Source: Nitrosopumilus sp. (GTDB lineage: Archaea; Thermoproteota; Nitrososphaeria; Nitrososphaerales; Nitrosopumilaceae). Taken from it: a stretch of DNA of 64,000 bases. Where the stretch lies: assembly GCA_965223425.1 (NCBI GenBank), contig OZ245003.1, positions 2,144,001 to 2,208,000 of the forward strand, in the 5' to 3' direction. Positions 56,638 through 64,000 of the stretch are shown here, piece after piece. The position numbers and the translations under genes were made by a program. The stretch's first letter is position 1. Each line of letters starts with the position of its first letter. The notes beneath the pieces were generated by a model. It was not told the DNA's origin and ran no database searches. It was given only the letters and a program-made list of their open reading frames with translations.

Positions 56638-57011
56638 TACTCAACAATAACTTGTCCTTGCATCCAAGGATGAAGGGTACAAAAATAATCAAAAATTCCT
56701 GCTTCATCAAAAGTCAGAGTATAGGATTCAAACGGATCCAAAAATCCGCTATCAAAAAGTTCAGTAGGTGAATCATAAAAACCAGAAGTCACACTATGAA
56801 AAGCTGAGTCTTCATTAGTCCATGTTACCTGTTTTCCTTTTTCAACAACAATTTTTGACGGAACATAACATCTATCTTCTTCTTCACATCCTGGACGAGA
56901 AACTTTTGTGGGCATGACAATATCACTTTGAATAATTAAATCTAGCTCCTCAATATTTTCTTCCTCAGAACTATTTGAAAATGCTAACCCAATAACCACT
57001 AAAATCGTCAA
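56637..57011 (-). CDS. Plastocyanin-like blue copper protein
   Basis: N.DSAFHSV, YFCTLHPWM; true start probably further upstream. Confidence 0.9.
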   Translation of the reverse strand: MTILVVIGLAFSNSSEEENIEELDLIIQSDIVMPTKVSRPGCEEEDRCYVPSKIVVEKGKQVTWTNEDSAFHSVTSGFYDSPTELFDSGFLDPFESYTLTFDEAGIFDYFCTLHPWMQGQVIVE

Positions 57012-57122
57012 TGTAGTTACGCCTATTCCAATTATTTTTTTAAACAGATCACATCACATCCAAAACTGAGTTATTACATAATTACCAAATTCTCTAAATA
57101 TATAACATATTAGAAAAATAAA

Positions 57123-58874
57123 TTGTCACAAAATGGAAATGGATTATTAGAGTACATACCAGGTTCACACGCATTATTAGTACAAAAAAATTCTAGTCTT
57201 CCTCTAGAAGGATTTGCAGAAAATATTCGAGGAAGCATTAAAGAATATTCTGAAAATGCTAAAAATGAAGTTGAAAAAGGAAATAATTTTCTTCAATGGG
57301 TATTAACTAGAGTTTTTGAGGCCACAGAAGATGATGCAGCAGATGCAATAGTTGATGGTGCAAACGATCTTGGAATTGATGCATATCTTCCAGTAGATTT
57401 TTCAGAGAATACAATTAGATTATTCCAGTCAAAATATGCTACATCACATTCACTAGAAGCAATTGCTAAATTCAAGGAAGATGCAAAAAGATTACTTACA
57501 AAAGATGTTACAAAAATGAGACCAGAGTTGGCCCAACTTGTAACAAAAATTAAAGAAAAAAATCTTAAGATAAAATGCTGTTATGTTACAGATCAGAAAG
57601 TAGAATATCAGGATGAATTGGTTGAAGTCATAGATGGCGAAAAAATAATTCAAAGATTATGGGACAGAATTAAAAAACCTGCAGCAGGTAAAAAATCATC
57701 AATCAAACTAGAGAGAATGCTTAAACATGAAAATACCATACTAGGGATTTTGAAATTACGTGAACTAACTGAATTTGTAAGTAAGAACAGGGATTACGTT
57801 TTTGAATCAAATATCAGACAATGGATGCAATTCAAAACAACAGTCAACAAAGGATTACGTGAGACGCTTCAGGGAAATCCAGGTAAATTCTTCTATTATA
57901 ACAATGGAATTACGATTGTTGTTAGTGATTTTGAAGAATTAGGAGAGAATTTGATTGAATTATGTGCTCCACAAATTGTTAACGGTGCACAAACATCGAA
58001 TTCCATTCTTGATCATTCAAAGAGAACAAAAAACATGGAGGGCTCTATGACAGTTACAATAATCAAAGCAGACGGCGAGCAAGAGCAAAATAACATCACA
58101 AAGTATAGGAATTCTCAAAATTCAGTAAGAGGAAAAGATCTGGTTTCATTAATGGATTTTCATAAATCAATCAAATCACAGTTAAAAAATTGTGGCTATT
58201 TTTATGAAATTCAGGCAGGATCTTTTGACACTAAAACAAAATCAAAACAATGCGAATACGAAGGGGATGCAACATACAACAGTTATCTTCCAGATAACCA
58301 CAAAAAAGTTATCGTTGCTAAAGACGCAATACAATCTTTAGTTGCAGGAATCGAACAAAGGCCAACTGAGGCATATAGTTCACCAGCTCAGTTTCTTCCA
58401 AGAGGAAGTAAATATGATGATATTTTCAATGACAATCTAAAAGATGATTATAGAATCTTGCTATACCCGTATCTTGTTAAGGAATTTGCCAAAAAATCAT
58501 TAAAGTATGGAAAACAAGGCGGTCATAAAACAAAAAGATATGCAACATTATTTTTTGTAGCAGTTTATTTTAGAATATTACACAAAAAAATTCTTGAATC
58601 AAAGGGGGATTTCAAGAGAGATATAAGAAAAATAGAACCCATCTTTCGCAGCTTCAAACTCAATTCCAGAATTTTAAAACTCACAGACGTAATAGTAACA
58701 AAATTTCTTGAAGATACAGTAGTTGATGATGAAATTGAATTAGCAAATACTAAACATAATTTCTTTTCTCAACATGTTTGGAATGATATGATGCTTCGCG
58801 TAATTGATAAGAAAGTCAGACAGGAAGAAGAAGAGATTCTAGCACTGAAAAAACTAACAAGTAATTTATTTTAA
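57123..58874 (+). CDS. AIPR-family protein
   Basis: DGANDLGID..FQSKY nuclease-like N-domain; NIR, FFYYNNGIT, QIVNGAQT, NSQN. Confidence 0.9.
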   Translation: MSQNGNGLLEYIPGSHALLVQKNSSLPLEGFAENIRGSIKEYSENAKNEVEKGNNFLQWVLTRVFEATEDDAADAIVDGANDLGIDAYLPVDFSENTIRLFQSKYATSHSLEAIAKFKEDAKRLLTKDVTKMRPELAQLVTKIKEKNLKIKCCYVTDQKVEYQDELVEVIDGEKIIQRLWDRIKKPAAGKKSSIKLERMLKHENTILGILKLRELTEFVSKNRDYVFESNIRQWMQFKTTVNKGLRETLQGNPGKFFYYNNGITIVVSDFEELGENLIELCAPQIVNGAQTSNSILDHSKRTKNMEGSMTVTIIKADGEQEQNNITKYRNSQNSVRGKDLVSLMDFHKSIKSQLKNCGYFYEIQAGSFDTKTKSKQCEYEGDATYNSYLPDNHKKVIVAKDAIQSLVAGIEQRPTEAYSSPAQFLPRGSKYDDIFNDNLKDDYRILLYPYLVKEFAKKSLKYGKQGGHKTKRYATLFFVAVYFRILHKKILESKGDFKRDIRKIEPIFRSFKLNSRILKLTDVIVTKFLEDTVVDDEIELANTKHNFFSQHVWNDMMLRVIDKKVRQEEEEILALKKLTSNLF

Positions 58875-58980
58875 ATTCAAAAGGTAGTAGCCCAACCAAG
58901 TAAAAATCTTGCAGGAGGTTTACATTGGTCAGACTGCCTACCTAAATTCAATGCAAGCAAGGCATATTTAACATAATTTT

Positions 58981-59205
58981 TTGGATATGATTTGTTCCAG
59001 AATGTTTTTTATATTGATTAAAAAGAGCAGAGATACCTTGAAGGTAAAAGAGAAATGTGCAGTTTGTAGTGAAAAAATTGGGCTTCGTTATAATCCGATG
59101 GAGAAATGGGGGATAGAAGGCCCAATATGTGGAAAATGCTATTCAAGAAAAGTCAGCGAGCATTATCCAGGAGAGCACGTAAGAGTAAACAAACATTTGG
59201 ACTAG
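58981..59205 (+). CDS. Small zinc-finger protein
   Basis: CAVC...CGKCY; start probably about 59038. Confidence 0.7.
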   Translation: MDMICSRMFFILIKKSRDTLKVKEKCAVCSEKIGLRYNPMEKWGIEGPICGKCYSRKVSEHYPGEHVRVNKHLD

Positions 59206-59792
59206 TTTTGTTTTAATTTAGAATATTGATTAACATTAAGACAGTTCCATGCAAGCGGATCATCTTTTACGTCTTTTTCCTCTAAAAATTTAATATCAGT
59301 AATTGTTTTTTTTCTTTTCAGCAAGTTTACCTGAAAACTAGTAAATTTTTTACAGTCACATTTGTTGTAGAGACACATATCACAATCTCCCTCATCATGG
59401 TCTACAGCCTCATGACCACAATTACATATAGCATTTTTTTTAACCTCATCAAGTGATTTTTTTGTATATACTCCTAGTCTAAGATACGCTTCTCCGCCGT
59501 GACCTTTCTTGAATCGTTCATAGTTTTCAGATTTTTGTAATACTTTGAAAAAAGATAGATTGGTGTCAGGTCTTTGGGAATCAGAACCCATGACAAACCA
59601 GTACTTGTCACCAGTCTCTACAAATCGAATTTTTATTGATGGATCCAACCACCAATGAATAGTATCATGCCAAAGATATGCAGATTCCTTTCTGTCTGTA
59701 ATTAACGGGACAACGTTCATTCTAAGGTCATAGTATCTGTATGCAACGCCCAAAAAGTCATCAAACCATGGTATTGATGATTGAGCAGACAT
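59202..59792 (-). CDS. Hypothetical protein with Cys/His cluster
   Basis: CNCGH...H...C..C....C.C. Confidence 0.75.
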   Translation of the reverse strand: MSAQSSIPWFDDFLGVAYRYYDLRMNVVPLITDRKESAYLWHDTIHWWLDPSIKIRFVETGDKYWFVMGSDSQRPDTNLSFFKVLQKSENYERFKKGHGGEAYLRLGVYTKKSLDEVKKNAICNCGHEAVDHDEGDCDMCLYNKCDCKKFTSFQVNLLKRKKTITDIKFLEEKDVKDDPLAWNCLNVNQYSKLKQN

Positions 59793-59875
59793 TACTGAAA
59801 AATCAGACCAGAGCTTATTTATCTGATCTGAATTAATGGTAATACCCTTATATCTGAGTTTTAGAGTGAGTACGT

Positions 59876-60157
59876 ATGGTTTCGTATAGAACTAGCATGC
59901 AGATTGTTGCAGACTTGCTAACTGTCACTGAACAGTCTGGACAAGAAGGAATCAAAACAACATCTCTTCTAACAAAGGCAAATTTATCACATTCAAGATT
60001 ATCAAAATTCCTAGAAAATTTAACCGGTGCGGGCCTCATTAACAAAATTGAGTTTGACGGTAAGAACACCTTTGTAATTACTGCAAAAGGTAGACAGTAC
60101 TTGGATTCTTATATAAAATTTGCAGGCATTGTAGAGTCATTTGGATTAGAACTTTAG
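59876..60157 (+). CDS. Winged-helix DNA-binding protein
   Basis: YRTSMQIVADLL...KANLSHSRL...IT.KG. Confidence 0.85.
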   Translation: MVSYRTSMQIVADLLTVTEQSGQEGIKTTSLLTKANLSHSRLSKFLENLTGAGLINKIEFDGKNTFVITAKGRQYLDSYIKFAGIVESFGLEL

Positions 60158-60160
60158 AAA

Positions 60161-60373
60161 CTATTTTTTAGATCTTCTTCGAGCATTGGCTTTTTGCCGT
60201 TCCTTTCTTTCTTTGTAAGAGCTGTAAACAACAATAATTGCTATTCCTCCGATTGACCCATAAAATAATTCAAGCCTTGGTTGCTCTCGAAAGTCCCCCG
60301 TGGCCACATCTACAAATGCTATCGGTATACCTACAACCATAAAAATTAAGATTACAGTAAGATATTTGTCCAC
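60161..60373 (-). CDS. Small membrane protein
   Basis: 2 TM segments, basic tail. Confidence 0.7.
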   Translation of the reverse strand: MDKYLTVILIFMVVGIPIAFVDVATGDFREQPRLELFYGSIGGIAIIVVYSSYKERKERQKANARRRSKK

Positions 60374-60434
60374 AAACTAGGTGATTTACAAAACCATATA
60401 TCTTTTTGACTTTTATGAACTATAGTAAAAAATT

Positions 60435-60620
60435 ATGGCAAAAATGCTTGAAATATTAGGACTGGGTTTTGTGGCAGTAATGTTTTTAGGTTTTGTGGGA
60501 TTTCTACAACCAACAGTTGAACCAGGATTATCGCCATTATTTTGGGGATGTGCAGGTGCCACTTTAATGATAATAGTGTATAGAAAAATGAAAAGAAAAC
60601 AAGAAGCAAAAGAAAACTAG
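60435..60620 (+). CDS. Small membrane protein
   Basis: 2 TM segments, basic tail. Confidence 0.7.
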   Translation: MAKMLEILGLGFVAVMFLGFVGFLQPTVEPGLSPLFWGCAGATLMIIVYRKMKRKQEAKEN

Positions 60621-60706
60621 TACTTTAGAATGCACTGCCATATGATCAAACGTAATTCAATCGACAGATCTATAAGGGAGAATTCTACGTAAAGTATGAG
60701 GGGAGT

Positions 60707-60796
60707 ATGACGGGACAAACTAAACAATGGTGGAAAGGTTTAGGGAAGGAATTGGAAACAGATATTGAAACCTTCGATGAATTAAACTCTCAATAA
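60707..60796 (+). CDS. 29-aa micro-protein
   Basis: MTGQTKQWWKGLGKELETDIETFDELNSQ, preceded by GAGGGGAG. Confidence 0.4.
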   Translation: MTGQTKQWWKGLGKELETDIETFDELNSQ

Positions 60797-60830
60797 TTTC
60801 CCAGATAATTTTGAAAATTTTACAGGATAA

Positions 60831-60904
60831 AGCCTCGGACGGGATCTGAACCCGTGACCTAACGCTTACGAGGCGTTCGCTCTACCAGGCTGAGCTACCA
60901 AGGC
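60831..60904 (-). tRNA. tRNA-Thr(CGT)
   Basis: GCCTTGGTAGCTCAGCCTGGTAGAGC...AACGC-CTCGTAA-GCGTT...GGTTCAGATCC. Confidence 0.95.
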
Positions 60905-60956
60905 ACGTTTGGATAAATCCATCAGAGTTAATAAAAAGCCTTTCCGAGTGGATTAA

Positions 60957-62255
60957 TTGAAGAAGACAATTTCTGGAATTAGGGGAATATTTGGAGAGGA
61001 TCTGAATCTAAAAGATGTGCTAGAGTTTTGTAATAATTTTTCATCTTTAATTAAATCACAAAAATGTGTTATTGGAAAAGACACCAGACCTTCAGGTTCT
61101 ATGATGAAAGACGTTGCTAGTGCTGCATTGATGAAAAATGGAATTGATGTGTTTAATTTGGGGACAGCGCCAACTCCTGTGGTTTTCAGAGATGCAAGAA
61201 AGTATGGTGCAGGAATTGTAATTTCTTCGTCTCACAATCCAATTAATTGGAATGGGATGAAATTCATTATTGAAGGTAGAGGAATAAATGAAGAAGAGTT
61301 ACCACAAATTGTCGAGCATCAAGAAATTTTAAAATCAAAAATTGGAGTCGAACACGACATATCATCATCATACATTGATGATGCAGAAAAGATCATAGGA
61401 AATGTCGAAAATCAGCCAGAAATAGCAGTAGATATTGGAGGAGGTGCTGCTAAAGGCTTTGCACCGGACTTGTTGAAAAAAATAGGATGCAGGGTTGATG
61501 TTCTAAATGAAGAACTATCAGGGTGTTCAAGAGGACCTGATCCTACATCTGATGAGCTGTCTGAATTGATCCTAGCATCTAACAAAAAAGAAATTGGGTT
61601 TGCATTTGACTTGGATGGAGATCGCTTAGTGGTGGTCAGAAAAGGAAAGAAACAGACTCCAGATGTGACACTAGGGCTGGGTGTTGCGAAATCTTTGGAG
61701 TTAGGTTACAAGAAATTTGTTCTAAGTATCGATACAAGTGTATCAGTTGAAAAATTCATCTTGGAAAAAGGCGGCACTGTTCAAAGATCAAAAGTGGGGG
61801 AAGCAAATGTGATGGATCTCATGCTAAAAAACGATGCTCAAGCAGGCGGAGAAGGAAGCAGTGCAGGTTTTATTTTGCCAGAATTTAATTATTGTAGAGA
61901 GGGAATTCTTACTAGCGGTTTGATAGCTTCCATGTTGGGAAGCTCAAAATTTGATGAAATTCTGGATTATATGGAAAGTTACTGTCAAATAAGGGGGAAA
62001 GCCGAAGTTGATTCAACTTTTCATGATAAGGTAATACAAGAAGTCAGTTCTAAGATTTCAAAACAATATTCAGAAGTAATCACACTAGATGGAATCAAAG
62101 GAATTATTGATGAGAACAGCTGGGTTTTGATTAGAAAATCAAACACTGAGGACAGCATAAGAGTTTCAGCAGAATCAAATAACGAAGAAAAATGTAAAAA
62201 AAATGTGAGGGAGGCATTAGAATTAGTGAAACAAAGCTATGACAAAGTTAGATGA
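60957..62255 (+). CDS. Phosphomannomutase/phosphoglucomutase family
   Basis: SGIRG, DTRPSG, SSHNP, FDLDGDR, RKSNTE. Confidence 0.92.
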   Translation: MKKTISGIRGIFGEDLNLKDVLEFCNNFSSLIKSQKCVIGKDTRPSGSMMKDVASAALMKNGIDVFNLGTAPTPVVFRDARKYGAGIVISSSHNPINWNGMKFIIEGRGINEEELPQIVEHQEILKSKIGVEHDISSSYIDDAEKIIGNVENQPEIAVDIGGGAAKGFAPDLLKKIGCRVDVLNEELSGCSRGPDPTSDELSELILASNKKEIGFAFDLDGDRLVVVRKGKKQTPDVTLGLGVAKSLELGYKKFVLSIDTSVSVEKFILEKGGTVQRSKVGEANVMDLMLKNDAQAGGEGSSAGFILPEFNYCREGILTSGLIASMLGSSKFDEILDYMESYCQIRGKAEVDSTFHDKVIQEVSSKISKQYSEVITLDGIKGIIDENSWVLIRKSNTEDSIRVSAESNNEEKCKKNVREALELVKQSYDKVR

Positions 62256-63189
62256 ATCTTCAATAATCAAAATTTTTCAGAACAAGTTAGGAAACAAGAA
62301 ATTTGTTTCTGAAGATGTAGAAATTTTCAATTTGGGCAAGACCAAAATTGTAGCTAAAACAGATACGCTAGTAGAAAGTACTGATATTCCATCTAAAATG
62401 AAGTTGGCAGATGCTGCAAGAAAAAGTGTTGTTGCATGTGTAAGTGATTTTGCTGCAAAAGGAATCAAACCTCAATATGGAATCATTTCTGTGAATCTGC
62501 CAAAAACAATCTCACACTCACAAATTAATGAGATTACAGGAGGTTTTAGAAAAGCGTGTGATGAATATGGCATCTCAATACTAGGCGGCGATACTAATTC
62601 AGGCAGAGAGATTGTTTTCAATGTATGTGTTTTTGGAAAAACTGACAAAATAGTCAGTAGAAAAGGGGCCAAAATCAAGGATTTGATATTTGTAACAGGG
62701 CCATTTGGCTATACTGCTGCAGGATTGAATATGCTTCTTGGTAAAAAGAATGGAAAAGGTAATTTTGTTAAAAAATCAATCAGATCAGTAACAAAACCCG
62801 AACCAAAACTCAATTTTGGAATAAAAAATAAAAAATATTTTTCATCATCAATGGATTCTAGTGATGGGTTATCTACTACTTTAAATGAAATGTCAAAGCA
62901 GAGTAAAAAAAAATTCATAATTAACAATACTCCTTCAATGAAAGATCTACAAGAATATGCCAAATCTCGCAAATTTAATTTAAACAAGTTAGTTTTTCAT
63001 GGAGGAGAAGAATATGAGATTGTGTTTACGATATCACCAAAATATAGGCAAATAATTAAAAAAAATGCCAAATTGCTTAAAATACCAATTATTGAGATTG
63101 GATATGTTACATCGGGAAGAGGGGTTTTTGTACAAGAGAAAAACAGCCAGATTCGTTTGAAGGGCCTGGGATGGAAGCATTTTAGGTGA
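62239..63189 (+). CDS. thiL: Thiamine-monophosphate kinase
   Basis: SDFAAKG, GGDTN, MDSSDGL, GGEEYE, GWKHF. Confidence 0.93.
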   Translation: MTKLDESSIIKIFQNKLGNKKFVSEDVEIFNLGKTKIVAKTDTLVESTDIPSKMKLADAARKSVVACVSDFAAKGIKPQYGIISVNLPKTISHSQINEITGGFRKACDEYGISILGGDTNSGREIVFNVCVFGKTDKIVSRKGAKIKDLIFVTGPFGYTAAGLNMLLGKKNGKGNFVKKSIRSVTKPEPKLNFGIKNKKYFSSSMDSSDGLSTTLNEMSKQSKKKFIINNTPSMKDLQEYAKSRKFNLNKLVFHGGEEYEIVFTISPKYRQIIKKNAKLLKIPIIEIGYVTSGRGVFVQEKNSQIRLKGLGWKHFR

Positions 63190-63510
63190 CTATTCGCCAT
63201 AAGAGAAATCTCTATCCACATTATTTGCAATATTGATTATAGAATCAGCTGGAAGTATTGCAACACATTCATTCATCCATTTCTCATCCAGATACAACAT
63301 TCGTTTCATGTCATCTTCAGGTAGTTCATCAGGATTTGATTCTGGATAAGTTGCATGAATTTTGTATCCCTCATTGGCAATCAGCTGGCATTTTTCTTCC
63401 AATGGAGCCAAAACCAAATCATTGATCGGTAGTTGAAGCTGAAAGGCCAAAGAGCCAAGCAAGGCAGCAGCAACCCCAATTCCAATAGCCAACAAAAGAA
63501 TCGATGCCAT
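63190..63510 (-). CDS. Hypothetical membrane-anchored protein
   Basis: N-terminal TM. Confidence 0.7.
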   Translation of the reverse strand: MASILLLAIGIGVAAALLGSLAFQLQLPINDLVLAPLEEKCQLIANEGYKIHATYPESNPDELPEDDMKRMLYLDEKWMNECVAILPADSIINIANNVDRDFSYGE

Positions 63511-63626
63511 TAGAAAATCCAGTTTAACAAAGTATATGAATAATCACTAATTTTGTGCCAAGTAAATAAATTAAGACGGGGCTAGAAAATCAATGTTTTT
63601 TAAACCCTTTAAGATGTGAGTAGTCA

Positions 63627-64000
63627 TTGTCAGAAACTGAAATCAAAGTTGAGGAAGCGCCAGTTGAGCAAGTAAAATCTGAGGCCGAAGCGCCAGTTGA
63701 GCAAGTAAAATCTGAGGCCGAAGCGCCAGTTGAGCAAGTAAAATCTGAGGCCGAAGCTGAAACAAAATCTCAACCAGAGGTAAAAAAGGAAGGTCCTGAA
63801 AAATGGGGAATCGTCCATATTTACAGCAGTTACAATAATACAATTATTCACATGACTGATCTTACCGGCGGAGAAACTGTTGCCATCAGTTCTGGGGGAA
63901 TACATGTCAATGCTGACAGATACGAATCATCACCATTTGCTGCAATGAAAGCTGCAAATGCAGTAGTCGAATCTGCAAAAACAAAAGGATTCACTGGATT
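63627..64000 (+). CDS. rps11: 30S ribosomal protein S11, partial, with N-terminal repeat extension
   Basis: TTG 63627; [26 protein letters not shown]...ESSPFAAM. Confidence 0.93.
   Translation, partial: MSETEIKVEEAPVEQVKSEAEAPVEQVKSEAEAPVEQVKSEAEAETKSQPEVKKEGPEKWGIVHIYSSYNNTIIHMTDLTGGETVAISSGGIHVNADRYESSPFAAMKAANAVVESAKTKGFTG
63654..63752. repeat. 33-bp perfect tandem repeat x3 ([11 protein letters not shown])
   Basis: gaagcgccagttgagcaagtaaaatctgaggcc x3. Confidence 0.95.

Noticed and set aside
56566-60904. tRNA-anchored integrated element between tRNA-Cys and tRNA-Thr
   Set aside because: No integrase, no tRNA 3' duplication seen, host-like composition

Overview
AT-rich chromosomal segment of a Nitrosopumilus-like ammonia-oxidising archaeon (Nitrososphaerota), inferred from gene content: radA, nop5-fibrillarin, top6AB, aIF2beta, histone, TFEbeta/RPC34-like, Ubl-Cgi121 fusion, S17e/S30e/L21e, tRNA-Cys and tRNA-Thr. 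Three accessory blocks interrupt the core. (1) 2500-8150: an IS5-type relic, an AT-rich orphan cassette, a MITE and an xpb-bax1 pair. (2) 37656-40373: a triple nest of a remnant element, an ISH3 element and an IS630 element, the last apparently duplicating CG rather than TA. (3) 41618-52856, the most striking: an 11.2-kb unit bounded by 14-bp terminal inverted repeats and an 8-bp target duplication, with no transposase matching its own ends. It carries a 2108-aa repeat-built surface protein, three different MITEs in tandem, and an IS5 element that was itself hit by an IS66 and an ISH3 element. Family assignments come from recalled motifs, not database searches.
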